Notes under the pieces: model-generated
The model's input: only the letters and a program-made list of their open reading frames with translations
What the model was told of the DNA's origin: nothing
The model's database searches: none
In this document: in pieces, positions 1 through 12,574 of the stretch
Layout of the letters: each line of letters starts with the position of its first letter
How positions within the stretch are numbered: the first letter of the stretch is position 1
Assembly: GCA_963807455.1 (NCBI GenBank)
Contig: CAWECS010000005.1
Location: 63,146 to 127,145 of the forward strand
Source of the DNA: an uncultured Gammaproteobacteria bacterium
GTDB taxonomy: Bacteria; Pseudomonadota; Gammaproteobacteria; JAADHQ01
Length of the DNA stretch: 64,000 nucleotides
Direction of reading: 5' to 3'
Program-made: the position numbers and the translations under genes

Positions 1-1014
1 TCGGCTGGTAAAGACCTGCGCCCAATGGTGAAATTGGTGGATGAAGAGGGTAATGATGTCTTCATTCCCGGTACTGAAATTCCGGCACAGTATGCATTGC
101 CAGCCGGCGCGATTGTCAGCGTGGATGACAACACAGCGGTAAAAGTGGGCGATGTGCTGGCACGTATCCCGCAGGAATCATCGAAAACACGTGATATCAC
201 CGGTGGTTTACCACGCGTTGCCGACCTGTTCGAAGCGCGTAAGCCAAAAGACCCCTGTATCATGGCTGAACATTCCGGTACTGTCAGTTTTGGTAAAGAA
301 ACCAAAGGTAAACAAAGGTTTGTCATCACTGATGAAAATGGCGATCAACATGAGGAGCTGATTCACAAATGGCGACATGTCACCATATTTGAAGGTGAGC
401 ATGTAGAGCGTGGGGAAATAGTGGTTGAAGGCGAGCCTGATCCACACGATATCCTCAGGCTTCTGGGTATCACTACGCTGGCTGACTACCTGGTCAAGGA
501 AATCCAGGATGTATACCGCTTGCAGGGTGTAAAAATCAATGACAAGCATATCGAAGTCATATCTCGTCAGATGATGAAGAAGGTCGAGATCAAGCATCCC
601 GGCGATTCCAATTATCTGAAGGGTGAGCAACTCGAGCGATTTGGCGTTCTCGAGGTCAACGAAAAGTTGATCAAGGAAGGCAAGCAGCCGGCCCTGGTTG
701 AGCCATTATTGTTAGGTATTACCAAGGCATCACTGGCCACCGAGTCATTTATCTCAGCCGCTTCATTCCAGGAAACAACCCGTGTCCTGACCGATGCAGC
801 CGTACGTGGTTTGAGCGATGATCTCCGTGGTCTGAAGGAAAATGTCATCGTTGGTCGACTGATTCCATCAGGAACTGGCCTGGCCTATCATGAAGAACGC
901 CGTCGTCGACGTGCCAAGGTAGAGCAGCCTGAGGCAATGATTGATACCGCGGAACTGATGCCGGCAAGTGGTGATATCGCTGATGATGTCGCGACCATAG
1001 ACTCTGAAAGCTAG
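1..1014 (+). CDS. rpoC: DNA-directed RNA polymerase subunit beta' (C-terminal part; 5' end lies outside the window)
   Basis: Frame-1 ORF is open from nt 1. Translation (..[53 protein letters not shown]..) matches the conserved beta' C-terminus. It lies just upstream of rpsL, as in the canonical rpoBC-str arrangement. Confidence 0.9.
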   Translation, partial: SAGKDLRPMVKLVDEEGNDVFIPGTEIPAQYALPAGAIVSVDDNTAVKVGDVLARIPQESSKTRDITGGLPRVADLFEARKPKDPCIMAEHSGTVSFGKETKGKQRFVITDENGDQHEELIHKWRHVTIFEGEHVERGEIVVEGEPDPHDILRLLGITTLADYLVKEIQDVYRLQGVKINDKHIEVISRQMMKKVEIKHPGDSNYLKGEQLERFGVLEVNEKLIKEGKQPALVEPLLLGITKASLATESFISAASFQETTRVLTDAAVRGLSDDLRGLKENVIVGRLIPSGTGLAYHEERRRRRAKVEQPEAMIDTAELMPASGDIADDVATIDSES

Positions 1015-1043
1015 CAAGCCGGAGGGTGTCTGTGGCCATAAAT

Positions 1044-1080
1044 CAGCCCTGAATTGACATAATTCAGGGCTTTTTTTATT
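1044..1080 (+). terminator. Rho-independent terminator after rpoC
   Basis: Stem AGCCCTGAATT (1045-1055) pairs with AATTCAGGGCT (1061-1071) around a 5-nt loop. A T7 run follows at 1071-1077. Confidence 0.7.
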
Positions 1081-1148
1081 GCGCCGGGTCTAGGTTGGTG
1101 GTTTTTAAGGCAAGACGGCAAAAATAATAAAAAATAGCGAATATCCCC

Positions 1149-1177
1149 TTGACATAGGCATCCCTAAACTCTAATAT
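1149..1177 (+). promoter_or_regulatory. sigma70-type promoter of the str operon (rpsL)
   Basis: TTGACA (1149-1154), a 17-nt spacer and TAATAT (1172-1177), about 85 nt upstream of the rpsL ATG. It is embedded in AT-rich sequence (UP-element-like A tracts 1115-1140). Confidence 0.6.
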
Positions 1178-1260
1178 TCCTCGGCTCTGGCAGGTCAGAT
1201 TAGTCTCTGGTCTGTCTTTTGTTTTTTTAGCAACAATTTTGAAGTCGGAGCACGGTTTTA

Positions 1261-1635
1261 ATGGCTACAATCAATCAGTTGGTGCGCAAGCCACGTTCGC
1301 GTAAAATAGAGAAGAGTAAGGTTCCAGCGCTGGAAAGTTGCCCACAAAAGCGCGGTGTATGCACACGTGTATACACAACCACACCGAAAAAGCCTAACTC
1401 GGCCATGCGTAAAGTAGCTCGCGTTCGCCTGACTAACGGCTTTGAAGTGACCAGTTATATAGGTGGTGAAGGCCACAACCTGCAAGAGCACTCGGTGGTG
1501 TTGTTGCGAGGTGGTCGTGTCAAGGATTTGCCAGGTGTGCGTTATCACATCGTTCGAGGCAGTCTGGATACTTCCGGTGTTGATGCGAGAAGGCGTGGTC
1601 GTTCTAAATACGGCGCCAAACGTCCTAAGAGTTAA
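1261..1635 (+). CDS. rpsL: 30S ribosomal protein S12
   Basis: 124 aa, [23 protein letters not shown] motif. First gene of the str operon. Confidence 0.97.
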   Translation: MATINQLVRKPRSRKIEKSKVPALESCPQKRGVCTRVYTTTPKKPNSAMRKVARVRLTNGFEVTSYIGGEGHNLQEHSVVLLRGGRVKDLPGVRYHIVRGSLDTSGVDARRRGRSKYGAKRPKS

Positions 1636-1668
1636 TGAATCAAGATTCATAGAGAGATTTGAGAGACC

Positions 1669-2139
1669 ATGTCCAGAAGAAGAGAAAGCGGAAAACGAAG
1701 CATTCTTCCTGATCCAAAATTTGGCAGCCTGATGCTGGCCAAGTTTGTTAATATGATCATGGTTGATGGCAAAAAATCAACAGCAGAAAAGATTGTTTAT
1801 ACTGCGCTGGAATCCATTGCTGAAAAGAGCAAGGCTGATTCGGTTGAAGTTTTCCAGAAAGCACTGGACAACATTAGTCCTCATGTTGAAGTTAAGTCAC
1901 GCAGGGTAGGTGGTGCTACTTATCAGGTGCCTATCGAAGTCAGGGCTGAGCGACGTCAGGCGCTGGCTATGCGTTGGATGATCGAAGCATCACGTAAGCG
2001 TGGAGAAAAGTCCATGGCGCGGCGCCTGGCTGGTGAAGTGGTTGATGCTGCGGAAAGTCGTGGTTCTGCTGTCAAGAAGAGAGAAGACACGCATCGCATG
2101 GCTGAAGCAAACAAAGCTTTTGCTCACTACCGTTGGTAA
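1669..2139 (+). CDS. rpsG: 30S ribosomal protein S7
   Basis: 156 aa, [13 protein letters not shown]..; canonical S7; follows rpsL. Confidence 0.97.
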   Translation: MSRRRESGKRSILPDPKFGSLMLAKFVNMIMVDGKKSTAEKIVYTALESIAEKSKADSVEVFQKALDNISPHVEVKSRRVGGATYQVPIEVRAERRQALAMRWMIEASRKRGEKSMARRLAGEVVDAAESRGSAVKKREDTHRMAEANKAFAHYRW

Positions 2140-2166
2140 GCTTGCAGGGCTACAGGTTTTGATGAG

Positions 2167-4263
2167 GTGGCACGTACAACTTCCATAGATCGATACCGTA
2201 ATATAGGTATCATGGCGCACATTGATGCCGGGAAGACAACGACGACAGAGCGAGTCCTTTTTTATACAGGAGTCTCGCACAAGATTGGAGAGGTTCATGA
2301 TGGCGCAGCCACTATGGACTGGATGGAACAGGAGCAAGAGCGCGGAATAACGATTACTTCTGCAGCCACGACCTGTTTCTGGAAAGGCATGGATCAGCAG
2401 TTCAAGGAACATCGTATTAATATTATTGATACGCCTGGACATGTTGATTTCACCATTGAAGTAGAACGATCCTTGCGGGTGCTCGATGGCGCCTGCGCTG
2501 TTTTTTGCGCGGTAGGCGGTGTTGAGCCGCAGTCAGAAACAGTCTGGCGTCAGGCAGCTCGCTACGAAGTACCGAGAATGGCCTTCGTCAACAAGATGGA
2601 TCGATCAGGCGCAAATTTTTTGCGCGTGGTAGAACAGATAAAAGATCGCCTCGGAAGCACTCCGGTGCCAATGCAAATGAATATTGGCACTGAAGAAGCA
2701 TTTGAGGGTGTAGTTGACCTGGTGAGAATGCGGGCCATCTACTGGAACGAAGAAGATCGGGGTGTGACTTATGAAGCCCGCGATATTCCGGAAGCCTTGC
2801 TTGACCAGTGTCGCGAACTACGTGAGCAGATGGTCGAAGCGGCTGCCGAAGCAACTGAAGAGTTGATGGATAAATACCTTGAGCAGGGTGAGCTCTCGGA
2901 AGACGAAATTCGTGAAGGTATTCGTCTGCGTACATTGAGTAATGAAGTGGTGCCATGTTTCTGTGGCTCTGCATTCAAAAACAAAGGTGTGCAGGCTATG
3001 TTGGATGCAGTAATTGACTACATGCCTTCACCGCTGGATGTTCCAGCCATTAAGGGTGTCCTTGATGACAAGGATGAAACGGAAGGCGAGCGCCATTCAT
3101 CAGATGATGAGCCGTTTGCAGCACTGGCCTTCAAGATAGCAACGGATCCATTTGTTGGAACCTTGACTTTCTTCCGGGTCTATTCTGGCGTGATTAGTTC
3201 CGGCGACTCGGTTTATAACCCGGTCAAGGGTAAAAAAGAGCGCATTGGGCGTATTGTGCAGATGCATGCCAATAGCCGTGAAGAGATTAAAGAAGTACGC
3301 GCTGGTGATATAGCAGCGGCGGTTGGTTTAAAAGACGTGACTACAGGTGAGACATTATGTGACCTGAATAATATTATCACGTTGGAGCGCATGGAATTTC
3401 CGGATCCGGTTATTTCGATTGCCATTGAACCAAGAACCAAGAGTGACCAGGAAAAGATGGGGGTCGCTCTGTCCAAGTTGGCACAGGAAGATCCGTCTTT
3501 TCGAGTGCATACGGATGAAGAATCCGGGCAAACCATCATTTCCGGGATGGGCGAGCTACACCTGGAAATTATTGTCGACCGGATGAAGCGTGAATTTAGT
3601 GTTGAAGCGAATGTAGGTAAGCCGCAAGTAGCATACCGGGAAACGATTCGTTCAACCGTAGAACAGGAAGGCAAGTTCATCAGGCAGTCAGGTGGACGAG
3701 GTCAATACGGCCACGTTTGGTTGAAGATAGAGCCGCAGGAGCCGGGAAGCGGTTACGAATTTGTTAATGGCATTGTCGGCGGGGTCGTACCTCGTGAGTA
3801 TGTGCCAGCAGTAGATAAAGGTATTCAAGAACAGATGCAGAGTGGTGTTCTAGCGGGATACCCGGTTGTTGATGTAAAAGTCACTCTGTATGACGGTTCT
3901 TATCATGATGTGGACTCGAACGAAATGGCATTTAAAATTGCCGGATCCATGGGTTTCAGAGACGGGGTTACACAAGCAAGCCCTGTTTTACTTGAGCCGA
4001 TCATGAGCGTTGAAGTGGTGACACCTGAAGATTATATGGGTGATGTCATGGGAGACCTGAATCGACGACGAGGTCTTGTGCAGGGGATGGATGATAGTCC
4101 GGCTGGCAAGATTATTCGTGCCGAGATTCCATTGTCTGAAATGTTTGGTTATGCCACTGACTTGCGATCAGCAACCCAGGGCCGAGCCACTTATTCGATG
4201 GAATTTGAAAAGTATAGTGAGGCTCCTGCCAGTGTGGTAGCAGCTGTGACGAAATCGTTTTAA
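2167..4263 (+). CDS. fusA: Elongation factor G
   Basis: 698 aa from a GTG start. G1 motif [20 protein letters not shown] and the whole EF-G domain set. Confidence 0.97.
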   Translation: MARTTSIDRYRNIGIMAHIDAGKTTTTERVLFYTGVSHKIGEVHDGAATMDWMEQEQERGITITSAATTCFWKGMDQQFKEHRINIIDTPGHVDFTIEVERSLRVLDGACAVFCAVGGVEPQSETVWRQAARYEVPRMAFVNKMDRSGANFLRVVEQIKDRLGSTPVPMQMNIGTEEAFEGVVDLVRMRAIYWNEEDRGVTYEARDIPEALLDQCRELREQMVEAAAEATEELMDKYLEQGELSEDEIREGIRLRTLSNEVVPCFCGSAFKNKGVQAMLDAVIDYMPSPLDVPAIKGVLDDKDETEGERHSSDDEPFAALAFKIATDPFVGTLTFFRVYSGVISSGDSVYNPVKGKKERIGRIVQMHANSREEIKEVRAGDIAAAVGLKDVTTGETLCDLNNIITLERMEFPDPVISIAIEPRTKSDQEKMGVALSKLAQEDPSFRVHTDEESGQTIISGMGELHLEIIVDRMKREFSVEANVGKPQVAYRETIRSTVEQEGKFIRQSGGRGQYGHVWLKIEPQEPGSGYEFVNGIVGGVVPREYVPAVDKGIQEQMQSGVLAGYPVVDVKVTLYDGSYHDVDSNEMAFKIAGSMGFRDGVTQASPVLLEPIMSVEVVTPEDYMGDVMGDLNRRRGLVQGMDDSPAGKIIRAEIPLSEMFGYATDLRSATQGRATYSMEFEKYSEAPASVVAAVTKSF

Positions 4264-4300
4264 TAGTACTAACTTTATAGAACATAAGAGGTAGCGCGCC

Positions 4301-5491
4301 GTGTCTAAGGAAAAATTTGAACGTAACAAGCCACACGTTAACGTGGGAACGATTGGTCACGTAGACCATGGAAAGACGACGTTAACAGCCGCGATTACCA
4401 AGGTAATGGCAGAGGCCTCAGGCGGAGAAGTTAAAGCCTTTGACGAAATCGATAACGCGCCTGAAGAAAGAGAGCGCGGCATTACGATTGCAACCTCACA
4501 CGTTGAATATGAATCTGCGAACCGCCACTACGCGCACGTAGACTGCCCGGGCCATGCTGACTACGTCAAGAACATGATCACCGGAGCGGCACAGATGGAT
4601 GGCGCGATCCTGGTGGTGAGCGCAGCCGATGGCCCGATGCCACAAACACGTGAGCACATTCTGCTGTCACGCCAGGTAGGCGTACCTTATATACTGGTCT
4701 TCATGAACAAGGCCGACATGGTGGACGACGCTGAGCTGCTGGAACTGGTTGAAATGGAAATTCGTGAGCTGCTCGACAGCTATGACTTCCCGGGTGACGA
4801 CACCCCGATCATCATCGGTTCCGCGCTGAAAGCGCTGGAAGGTGATACATCCGATATTGGCGCACCCGCGATCATGAAGCTGGTAGCAGCGATGGATGAT
4901 TACATCCCTGAGCCCGAGCGTGCCGTGGATGGTGACTTCCTGATGCCGGTAGAAGATGTTTTCTCTATTTCCGGTCGTGGTACTGTAGTGACCGGTCGTA
5001 TCGAGCGTGGCATCGTCCACGTCGGTGATGAAATTGAGATTGTCGGTGTCAAGGATACCGCCAAATCCACTTGTACCGGAGTAGAGATGTTCCGCAAACT
5101 GCTGGACGAAGGTCGCGCAGGGGACAACGTTGGCGTACTACTGCGTGGCACCAAGCGTGAAGAAGTGGAGCGTGGTCAGGTACTGGCGAAGCCTGGATCG
5201 ATCACCCCGCACACCAAGTTTGAGTGTGAAGTATACGTACTGGGTAAAGAAGAAGGCGGTCGTCATACCCCGTTCTTCAATGGTTATCGTCCACAGTTTT
5301 ACTTCCGTACCACGGACGTGACCGGTGCCTGTGATTTACCGGAAGGTATCGAGATGGTCATGCCGGGTGATAACGTGCAGATGGTGGTGACACTGATTGC
5401 GCCGATTGCGATGGAAGATGGTCTGCGGTTTGCGATTCGTGAAGGCGGTCGTACTGTAGGCGCCGGTGTTGTAGCTAAAATAATCGAGTAA
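4301..5491 (+). CDS. tuf: Elongation factor Tu
   Basis: 396 aa, GTG start. [26 protein letters not shown] motifs. Confidence 0.97.
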   Translation: MSKEKFERNKPHVNVGTIGHVDHGKTTLTAAITKVMAEASGGEVKAFDEIDNAPEERERGITIATSHVEYESANRHYAHVDCPGHADYVKNMITGAAQMDGAILVVSAADGPMPQTREHILLSRQVGVPYILVFMNKADMVDDAELLELVEMEIRELLDSYDFPGDDTPIIIGSALKALEGDTSDIGAPAIMKLVAAMDDYIPEPERAVDGDFLMPVEDVFSISGRGTVVTGRIERGIVHVGDEIEIVGVKDTAKSTCTGVEMFRKLLDEGRAGDNVGVLLRGTKREEVERGQVLAKPGSITPHTKFECEVYVLGKEEGGRHTPFFNGYRPQFYFRTTDVTGACDLPEGIEMVMPGDNVQMVVTLIAPIAMEDGLRFAIREGGRTVGAGVVAKIIE

Positions 5492-5497
5492 ACGACT

Positions 5498-5809
5498 ATG
5501 TCCAAGCAAAGAATACGTATCCGACTGAAGGCTTTTGATCATCGACTGATTGACAAGTCTGCTGTAGAAATAGCAGAGACTGCCAAGCGCACAGGTGCTC
5601 AGGTTCGTGGTCCTATCCCACTGCCGACGAAGAAGGAGCGTTTTACAATCCTGATTTCGCCGCATGTCAACAAGGATGCGCGCGACCAGTATGAACTGCG
5701 TACGCACAAGCGTCTGATGGACATTGTTGATCCAACAGACAAGACGGTTGATGCGCTGATGAAGCTGGATCTGGCCGCTGGCGTAGATGTACAGATTAAA
5801 CTGAATTGA
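5498..5809 (+). CDS. rpsJ: 30S ribosomal protein S10
   Basis: 103 aa, [19 protein letters not shown].. Starts 6 nt after the tuf stop, so there is no separate S10 leader. Confidence 0.96.
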   Translation: MSKQRIRIRLKAFDHRLIDKSAVEIAETAKRTGAQVRGPIPLPTKKERFTILISPHVNKDARDQYELRTHKRLMDIVDPTDKTVDALMKLDLAAGVDVQIKLN

Positions 5810-5837
5810 TTGCGAAAGAAGCAACTGGGGTTTGGTA

Positions 5838-6476
5838 ATGACTATTAGTGTAGTAGGTCGAAAAGCAGGTATGACACGCGTCTTCACAGAAGCGGGTGAG
5901 TCTATCCCTGTGACAGTGATTGAGGTTGAGCCTAACCGGGTGACACAACTGAAGGCGGATGAGACTGATGGTTATCGTTCGATTCAAGTGACTGTAGGTC
6001 AGCGCAAGGCATCACGTGTCAATAAAGCGGCTGCCGGACACTTTGCCAAGGCAGGTGTTGAAGCAGGACGTGGACTCTGGGAGTCGCGTCTGGACGATGG
6101 CGAAGGCGAAGGCATTGAAGTGGGTTCAGAGATCAAGGTTGATGTCTTTGAAGAAGGTCAGATTGTTGATGTGACTGGGACCTCGATTGGTAAGGGTTTT
6201 GCTGGTGGTGTTAAGCGTCATCATTTCCACATGCAGGATGCGACTCATGGTAACTCATTGTCACATCGTGCATCGGGTTCTATTGGTCAAAACCAGACGC
6301 CTGGACGTGTATTTAAGGGTAAGAAAATGGCTGGTCACCTGGGTAATGTGCGCCGCACCATCCAGAACCTTGAAGTTGTCCGTGTTGATGCCGAGCGTAA
6401 CCTGTTATTAATTAAAGGTGCAGTGCCTGGTTCCAAAGGTGGCGATGTAATTATTCGCCCCGCTGTAAAAGCTTGA
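5838..6476 (+). CDS. rplC: 50S ribosomal protein L3
   Basis: L3 sequence (..[13 protein letters not shown]..). The ORF track starts at a TTG at 5832, but the ATG at 5838 (MTISVVGRK) aligns better with L3 N-termini. Confidence 0.93.
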   Translation: MTISVVGRKAGMTRVFTEAGESIPVTVIEVEPNRVTQLKADETDGYRSIQVTVGQRKASRVNKAAAGHFAKAGVEAGRGLWESRLDDGEGEGIEVGSEIKVDVFEEGQIVDVTGTSIGKGFAGGVKRHHFHMQDATHGNSLSHRASGSIGQNQTPGRVFKGKKMAGHLGNVRRTIQNLEVVRVDAERNLLLIKGAVPGSKGGDVIIRPAVKA

Positions 6477-6485
6477 TAGGAATAG

Positions 6486-7106
6486 ATGATGGATCTACAA
6501 ATGCAAAATGCCAAAGGTAACGCGAAACTAACAGTTTCTGATGCTGCATTTGGCCGTGAGTTTAATGAAGGCCTGGTTCATCAAGCAGTAGTGGGTTATC
6601 TCGCTACGGCAAGAGCAGGAACACGTGGCCATAAGAGTCGTTCTACGGCTAGCGGTGGCGGAATAAAACCTTGGCGACAAAAGGGGACAGGACGCGCGCG
6701 TTCTGGTACAATTCGCAGCCCAATCTGGAAAGGCGGCGGTAAAACCTTTGCAATCAGTGGTGGCCAGGATCATTCGGTCAAGCTGAACAAGAAAATGTAC
6801 CGCGCAGCAATGCAGTCCATCCTTTCTGAGTTGGTCAGGCAAGAACGCCTGGTAGTAATTGAAGATTTAACGTTGGATACACCAAAGACCAAGGACCTGC
6901 TGGCAAAAATGTCTGTTTTAGGCGTAGGTGAAAAGGCTTTGATTGTGACAGAGTCAGATAACCTGAATCTGTTTTTAGCAGCACGAAACTTGCCCTATGT
7001 GGAAGTTGAAGATGTGGCCGGGTTAAATCCTGTCAATCTTGTCGGCGCCGAGCAAGTTATCATGACAGAAGCTGCGATCAAGCGTGTAGAGGAGTTACTG
7101 GGATGA
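6486..7106 (+). CDS. rplD: 50S ribosomal protein L4
   Basis: 206 aa, ..[37 protein letters not shown].. Confidence 0.95.
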   Translation: MMDLQMQNAKGNAKLTVSDAAFGREFNEGLVHQAVVGYLATARAGTRGHKSRSTASGGGIKPWRQKGTGRARSGTIRSPIWKGGGKTFAISGGQDHSVKLNKKMYRAAMQSILSELVRQERLVVIEDLTLDTPKTKDLLAKMSVLGVGEKALIVTESDNLNLFLAARNLPYVEVEDVAGLNPVNLVGAEQVIMTEAAIKRVEELLG

Positions 7107-7405
7107 GCCAGGAAAGACTGATGAAAGTATTGTTAGCACCGCACGTTTCTGAAAAGACAACGCGGGTTGCTGATCAGGCTAACCAGGTTGTATTCAAGGT
7201 TTTGCCGGATGCTACTAAGATTGAAATTAAAAAAGCAGTCGAATTGCTTTTTGAAGTGCAAGTATCTTCAGTGCAAGTGTCCAATATGAAGGGCAAACTA
7301 AAACGTTTTGGCCAAAGCATCGGACGTAGAAAAAGCTGGAAAAAAGCCTACGTTACTTTAGCAGAAGGTCAGGATATAGATTTTATTGGCGGCGATACTG
7401 CTTAA
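7103..7405 (+). CDS. rplW: 50S ribosomal protein L23
   Basis: 100 aa; a 4-nt overlap with rplD (ATGA) is typical; L23 sequence. Confidence 0.95.
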   Translation: MSQERLMKVLLAPHVSEKTTRVADQANQVVFKVLPDATKIEIKKAVELLFEVQVSSVQVSNMKGKLKRFGQSIGRRKSWKKAYVTLAEGQDIDFIGGDTA

Positions 7406-7444
7406 TAAACTGGATTAAATGAATCGAATTTTGGTTGTAAGATC

Positions 7445-8272
7445 ATGGCGATAGTAAAAGTTAAACCGACATCACCTGGCCGACGTGGCTTGGTAAAAAT
7501 TGTCTCCCCGCATTTGCATAAGGGTGAGCCGCATGAGCCATTGCTTGAGAAAAAGAGCAAAAATGGCGGTCGTAATAATTACGGCAGAATCACGGTTCGT
7601 CATCATGGTGGTGGGCACAAGCAGCGTTATCGCATAATCGATTTCAAACGCGACAAGACAGGTATTCCTGCGGTCGTTGAAACGATAGAGTATGACCCGA
7701 ACAGAACAGCACATATCGCGCTTGTACTGTATGCCGATGGTGAGCGTCGATATATTATCGCTCCCAAAGGTTTGCGTTCCGGCGATCAAATTATGTCTGG
7801 CGTTGATGCGGCAATTAAAGCGGGTAATGCCTTACCTATGCGTAATATTCCTGTTGGAACAACCGTGCATAATATTGAAATGAAGCCTGGCAAAGGCGGC
7901 CAGATTGCACGAAGTGCAGGCACCTCGGCGCAAATCGTAGCCAGAGAAGGAGCGTATGTCACACTCAGACTGCGTTCAACTGAAATGAGAAAAGTATTAT
8001 CAGACTGTATGGCCACTATTGGTGAAGTCAGTAATGACGAGCACAGTTTGCGCAAGTTGGGTAAGGCTGGTGCATCACGCTGGCGTGGTATCAAGCCGAC
8101 AGTTCGTGGTGTTGCCATGAACCCGGTTGATCATCCGCATGGTGGTGGTGAAGGCCGTACCTCTGGTGGGCGTCATCCCGTATCTCCATGGGGAACGCCA
8201 ACAAAAGGTTATAAAACTCGTAAGAACAAGCGTACTAGTCGCTTGATCGTACGCCGTCGGACTAAAAAGTAA
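7445..8272 (+). CDS. rplB: 50S ribosomal protein L2
   Basis: 275 aa, ..[22 protein letters not shown].. and a C-terminal GGGEGR.. Confidence 0.97.
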   Translation: MAIVKVKPTSPGRRGLVKIVSPHLHKGEPHEPLLEKKSKNGGRNNYGRITVRHHGGGHKQRYRIIDFKRDKTGIPAVVETIEYDPNRTAHIALVLYADGERRYIIAPKGLRSGDQIMSGVDAAIKAGNALPMRNIPVGTTVHNIEMKPGKGGQIARSAGTSAQIVAREGAYVTLRLRSTEMRKVLSDCMATIGEVSNDEHSLRKLGKAGASRWRGIKPTVRGVAMNPVDHPHGGGEGRTSGGRHPVSPWGTPTKGYKTRKNKRTSRLIVRRRTKK

Positions 8273-8289
8273 GGACTGAGGTGTAAACT

Positions 8290-8562
8290 GTGCCACGTTC
8301 AGTAAGAAAAGGTCCATTTGTTGATCTGCATTTAATCAAAAAGGTAGATGAGGCAAAGGCCACAAATAGCAAAAAACCGATCAAGACATGGTCAAGAAGA
8401 TCCATGGTATTGCCTGATATGGTGGGTTTAACCATCGCTGTACATAATGGCCGTCAACACGTGCCAGTGCTGATTTCAGACAACATGGTTGGCCACAAAC
8501 TCGGCGAATTCTCGGCAACCCGGACTTTTAAGGGTCATGCCGGTGATCGTAAAGCCAGGTAA
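8290..8562 (+). CDS. rpsS: 30S ribosomal protein S19
   Basis: 90 aa, GTG start, [15 protein letters not shown].. Confidence 0.95.
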   Translation: MPRSVRKGPFVDLHLIKKVDEAKATNSKKPIKTWSRRSMVLPDMVGLTIAVHNGRQHVPVLISDNMVGHKLGEFSATRTFKGHAGDRKAR

Positions 8563-8574
8563 CGGAGTGTTGAA

Positions 8575-8904
8575 ATGACATCAGCAAAGCTAACAAATGC
8601 AAAAATTTCGGCACAAAAAGTCCGCCTCGTGGCTGATCAGGTGCGAACCATGCCGGTAGAGCGCGCGCTGGATTTACTGACTTTCAGTAATAAAAAAGCT
8701 GCAGCCCTGGTAAAGAAAGTGCTGGAATCTGCCATCGCCAATGCCGAGCATAATGACGGTGCTGATATTGACGAGCTGAAAGTTAAAACAATTTATGTGG
8801 ACGAAGGTCCTACCCAGAAGCGCTGGAGAGCCAGAGCCAAGGGTCGTGGTAACAGAATTCTGAAACGCACCAGTCACATTACCGTGACTGTGGCTGACTC
8901 GTAA
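8575..8904 (+). CDS. rplV: 50S ribosomal protein L22
   Basis: 109 aa, L22 sequence. Confidence 0.95.
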   Translation: MTSAKLTNAKISAQKVRLVADQVRTMPVERALDLLTFSNKKAAALVKKVLESAIANAEHNDGADIDELKVKTIYVDEGPTQKRWRARAKGRGNRILKRTSHITVTVADS

Positions 8905-8919
8905 TAGGAGCAGACCGTA

Positions 8920-9591
8920 ATGGGTCAAAAAGTACATCCAACTGGTATTCGACTAGGTATATCAAAAGACTGGACAGCACGCTGGTACGCTGGATCAGAT
9001 ACATTTGCAGATACCCTGGAACAAGACCTGAGAGTTCGCGAGTATCTTAAAAAGAGGCTGTCACAGGCTTCAGTGAGTCGTATTCAAATTGAACGACCAG
9101 CTCGTAGTGCACGTGTCACTATCTTTACTGCCAGACCAGGAATGGTTATTGGTAAGAAAGGTGAAGATATTGAGAAACTGCGTAACGAATTGATCAAGAT
9201 GATGGAAGTACCTGTTACGGTCAATATTGAAGAAATACGCAAGCCTGAGCTCGATGCACTGTTGGTGGCTGAGAGCGTTGCGCAGCAACTGGAACGTAGA
9301 ATCATGTTTCGACGTGCCATGAAGCGAGCCGTTCAAAATGCGATGAGACTGGGTGCCCTGGGTATCAAGATCAATGTCTCTGGTCGTCTGAATGGTGCAG
9401 AAATCGCACGTGCCGAGTGGTACCGCGAAGGTCGAGTACCACTGCATACACTGCGTGCTGATATTGATTATGGTACGGCCGAGGCGAACACAACCTACGG
9501 TATAATTGGAATCAAGGTTTGGATCTTTAAAGGTGAAGTATTTGAAGATGCCGAAGCAGAAGCTGACAGTCAAGCAGCAACAGCCAGCTAA
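8920..9591 (+). CDS. rpsC: 30S ribosomal protein S3
   Basis: 223 aa, [14 protein letters not shown].. with a KH domain. Confidence 0.97.
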   Translation: MGQKVHPTGIRLGISKDWTARWYAGSDTFADTLEQDLRVREYLKKRLSQASVSRIQIERPARSARVTIFTARPGMVIGKKGEDIEKLRNELIKMMEVPVTVNIEEIRKPELDALLVAESVAQQLERRIMFRRAMKRAVQNAMRLGALGIKINVSGRLNGAEIARAEWYREGRVPLHTLRADIDYGTAEANTTYGIIGIKVWIFKGEVFEDAEAEADSQAATAS

Positions 9592-9605
9592 CGGAGTTCT
9601 GGATA

Positions 9606-10019
9606 ATGTTACAACCAAAGAGAACAAAGTTTCGTAAACAAATGAAAGGTCGCAATCGTGGCCTGGCCCAGGCTGGCAACAAAGTCAGTTTTGGTGAGTA
9701 CGGACTTAAAGCGGCCGAGCGTGGACGTATCACTGCTCGCCAGATTGAGGCTGCACGTCGTGCACTAACACGTCACATTAAACGTGGCGGTAAAGTATGG
9801 ATTCGTTTGTTTCCAGACAAGCCCATCACCAAAAAGCCTCTTGAAGTACGTCAAGGTAAGGGTAAGGGTAACGTAGAATACTGGGTGTCATTAGTGCAGC
9901 CGGGTTCGATGTTGTATGAGATGGAAGGTGTTTCAGAGGAAATTGCACGTGAAGCATTTCGTCTGGCGAGTGCGAAGCTGCCCATCAAGACTATTTTTGT
10001 AAGTCGGACGGTGATGTAA
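9606..10019 (+). CDS. rplP: 50S ribosomal protein L16
   Basis: 137 aa, [19 protein letters not shown].. Confidence 0.97.
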   Translation: MLQPKRTKFRKQMKGRNRGLAQAGNKVSFGEYGLKAAERGRITARQIEAARRALTRHIKRGGKVWIRLFPDKPITKKPLEVRQGKGKGNVEYWVSLVQPGSMLYEMEGVSEEIAREAFRLASAKLPIKTIFVSRTVM

Positions 10020-10213
10020 TGAAAGCGAACGATCTTCGTCAGAAAAATGAACAGGATTTATCCAAAGAACTGGATGGCTTGTTGCGCGAGCAGTTTAACC
10101 TGAGAATGCAGCAGGGTACCGGACAGTTGACAAGACCTGATCAAATGAAAAAAGTGCGCCGTAATATTGCCCGCATTAAAACTGTATTAAATGAAAAAGT
10201 CCCGTACAGGTGA
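10019..10213 (+). CDS. rpmC: 50S ribosomal protein L29
   Basis: 64 aa, [14 protein letters not shown].. Confidence 0.93.
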   Translation: MKANDLRQKNEQDLSKELDGLLREQFNLRMQQGTGQLTRPDQMKKVRRNIARIKTVLNEKVPYR

Positions 10214-10219
10214 CGCGTC

Positions 10220-10480
10220 ATGAGTGAAGCTGCCCAGGTAGAAAAAAATGCACGTACCATTTCCGGTCGCGTCGTGAGTACTAAAATGGACAAGACGATT
10301 ACTGTCCTGGTTGAGCGTAAGGTAAAACATCCTATTTATGGAAAGTTTATCCGGCGTTCTACCAAGATCCATGCGCATGATGAAAATAATGTGTGTAATG
10401 AAGGCGATAACGTTGTTATTGAGCAGTGTCGTCCTGTATCAAAATCCAAAAGCTGGAATTTGGTAAAAGTAGTCAATTAA
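10220..10480 (+). CDS. rpsQ: 30S ribosomal protein S17
   Basis: 86 aa, ..[17 protein letters not shown].. Confidence 0.95.
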   Translation: MSEAAQVEKNARTISGRVVSTKMDKTITVLVERKVKHPIYGKFIRRSTKIHAHDENNVCNEGDNVVIEQCRPVSKSKSWNLVKVVN

Positions 10481-10493
10481 CAAACAACAGGTT

Positions 10494-10530
10494 GTCGCTC
10501 ACTGACGGTGAGTAACAGCGAATTTTTAAT
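10494..10530 (+). terminator. Hairpin plus T-rich tract between the S10 and spc blocks (possible attenuator or partial terminator)
   Basis: TCGCTCAC (10495-10502), loop TGACG, then GTGAG(TAACA)GCGA as an imperfect stem. The sequence ATTTTTAATTT follows. Confidence 0.35.
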
Positions 10531-10551
10531 TTAAGTATTTGGAAGTTAGCC

Positions 10552-10920
10552 ATGATACAGATGCAAACAGTGCTTGATGCGGCGGATAATAGTGGTGCTC
10601 GCCGTGTACAGTGCATTAAGGTACTGGGAGGCTCGCACAGACGCTATGCCGGGATTGGTGACATTATTAAGGTCAGTATCAAGGAAGCTATTCCGCGTGG
10701 TAAAGTCAAAAAGGGTGAGGTTTATAACGCCATAGTCGTACGTACGCGTAAAGGCGTGCGTCGTGCAGATGGTTCACTGATCCGTTTTGATGGAAATGCA
10801 GCTGTTTTACTTAATGCGAACCTGCAGCCTATTGGCACTCGTATCTTTGGCCCTGTAACACGTGAGTTGCGTGGTGAGAAATTTATGAAAATAATCTCAC
10901 TGGCACCTGAAGTGCTTTAA
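10552..10920 (+). CDS. rplN: 50S ribosomal protein L14
   Basis: 122 aa, [17 protein letters not shown].. Confidence 0.97.
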   Translation: MIQMQTVLDAADNSGARRVQCIKVLGGSHRRYAGIGDIIKVSIKEAIPRGKVKKGEVYNAIVVRTRKGVRRADGSLIRFDGNAAVLLNANLQPIGTRIFGPVTRELRGEKFMKIISLAPEVL

Positions 10921-10934
10921 TCGGAGACTGGATT

Positions 10935-11252
10935 ATGCGCAAAATTAAAAAGGGTGATGAGGTAGTAGTAACTACTGGTAAAGACAAAGGTCGACGTGGC
11001 ACTGTTAGTAGTGTGCTGGCTGACGGTCGAGTGATCGTTGAGAATGTTAATGTTGTCAAAAAACACGTGAAAGCCAATCCCAATGCCGGGGTTGCTGGTG
11101 GAATTGTTGACAAAGTGATGCCTATCAATGGTTCCAATGTCATGCTGTATAATCCAGCCATTGATAAAGGCGACAAAGTTGGCTTCAAGTTCCTAGAAGA
11201 TGGCAGAAAAGTTCGTTATTTCAAGTCGAATGACGAAGTGATTGATGCGTAA
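10935..11252 (+). CDS. rplX: 50S ribosomal protein L24
   Basis: 105 aa, [19 protein letters not shown].. Confidence 0.95.
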   Translation: MRKIKKGDEVVVTTGKDKGRRGTVSSVLADGRVIVENVNVVKKHVKANPNAGVAGGIVDKVMPINGSNVMLYNPAIDKGDKVGFKFLEDGRKVRYFKSNDEVIDA

Positions 11253-11266
11253 GGGTTGATGTAACG

Positions 11267-11806
11267 ATGGCTAGATTGCAAGAATTATATAAAACAACTT
11301 TAGTTGACCAGTTAAAAGATGAGCTGGGCCTGAAGAATGTAATGGAAGTGCCCAAGATCACCAAGATCACTATTAATATGGGTGTGGGTGAGGCTCTGGC
11401 TGACAAGAAAGTACTTGAGCATGCTGTTAGTGACATGGAAAAAATTTCCGCCCAAAAGGCAGTCATTACCAAAGCACGTAAATCCATTGCGGGTTTTAAG
11501 TTACGTGAAGACTGGCCAGTGGGTTGCAAGGTAACGCTGAGACGGGAACGCATGTATGAGTTTCTGGATAGATTAATCAGCATCGCCATACCACGAATTC
11601 GAGATTTTCGTGGTTTGAATCCAAAGAGCTTCGATAGCAATGGCAATTTCAGCATGGGAACCGATGAACAGATCATTTTCCCGGAAATTGACTATGACAA
11701 AATTGACACGTTAAGAGGGTTGGATATTACTATCACAACCACTGCACGTAACGCGGATGAAGGAAGAGCCTTGTTAAAGGCGTTTAACTTCCCTTTTAAA
11801 GGCTGA
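11267..11806 (+). CDS. rplE: 50S ribosomal protein L5
   Basis: 179 aa, [16 protein letters not shown].. Confidence 0.96.
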   Translation: MARLQELYKTTLVDQLKDELGLKNVMEVPKITKITINMGVGEALADKKVLEHAVSDMEKISAQKAVITKARKSIAGFKLREDWPVGCKVTLRRERMYEFLDRLISIAIPRIRDFRGLNPKSFDSNGNFSMGTDEQIIFPEIDYDKIDTLRGLDITITTTARNADEGRALLKAFNFPFKG

Positions 11807-11816
11807 GGATATTTGA

Positions 11817-12122
11817 ATGGCTAAGACAAGTATGATCAATCGCGAAAACAAGCGAACTCAAACTGTTAAAAAATATGCAGCCAAGAGAGAAGCGTTGAGA
11901 GCGATTATTAAAAGTGCGGCATCCAGCTACGAAGAAATAACAGCGGCTGTCAATAAATTACAGGCATTGCCAAGAGATGCCAGTCCATGCAGAGGGCGTA
12001 ATCGCTGCAGACTGACAGGCAGACCACATGGTTTTTACCGTAAGTTTGGTTTGTCACGTAACAAACTTAGAGAAGCGGCAATGCGCGGAGATGTACCCGG
12101 CCTGCGCAAGGCTAGTTGGTAG
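11817..12122 (+). CDS. rpsN: 30S ribosomal protein S14
   Basis: 101 aa long-form S14 (no zinc ribbon). Confidence 0.95.
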   Translation: MAKTSMINRENKRTQTVKKYAAKREALRAIIKSAASSYEEITAAVNKLQALPRDASPCRGRNRCRLTGRPHGFYRKFGLSRNKLREAAMRGDVPGLRKASW

Positions 12123-12157
12123 GAATTTAACAGGATCTTATTTAGGAAGTATCTGAT

Positions 12158-12553
12158 ATGAGTATGACTGATCCCATTGCAGATTTGCTGACCCGTGTAA
12201 GAAATGGGCAAACTGCTAGTAAGGCAGAGGTTTCCATGCCTTCTTCCAAGGTTAAGGTTGAAATTGCAAAAGTATTGAAGGACGAAGGTTACGTCGATAG
12301 TTATGCAGTTAATGACGTAGAAGGTAAAGCAAACCTGGTTATCCAGTTGCGCTATTACCAGGGCAAGCCTGTAATTGACAAGATCAAACGCGTCAGCAGG
12401 CCTGGATTACGTATCTTTAAAGGTAAAGGTGAGTTACCCAAGGTTAATGGTGGATTGGGTATTGCTATTATTTCTACCTCTAAGGGTGTTATGACAGATC
12501 AGGCAGCACGCACCGCCGGCGAGGGTGGTGAAGTACTCTGCACGGTTTCGTAA
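12158..12553 (+). CDS. rpsH: 30S ribosomal protein S8
   Basis: 131 aa, [17 protein letters not shown].. Confidence 0.96.
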   Translation: MSMTDPIADLLTRVRNGQTASKAEVSMPSSKVKVEIAKVLKDEGYVDSYAVNDVEGKANLVIQLRYYQGKPVIDKIKRVSRPGLRIFKGKGELPKVNGGLGIAIISTSKGVMTDQAARTAGEGGEVLCTVS

Positions 12554-12574
12554 GCGGGTGAATGGTAAATAAAG

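Noticed and set aside
208-1039. Minus-strand ORFs of 64-140 aa inside rpoC (208-630, 612-848, 845-1039), and similar antisense ORFs inside fusA, tuf, rplB, rpsC, secY, the ydiJ-like gene, pepP, gcvP and others
   Set aside because: They lie wholly antisense to strongly conserved genes and have no Shine-Dalgarno or recognisable motif. They are frame shadows of the high-GC third-codon positions.
5832-5837. TTG start for rplC given by the ORF track (MVMTIS..)
   Set aside because: The ATG six nt downstream gives an N-terminus consistent with L3 proteins. The upstream TTG would add two non-conserved residues.
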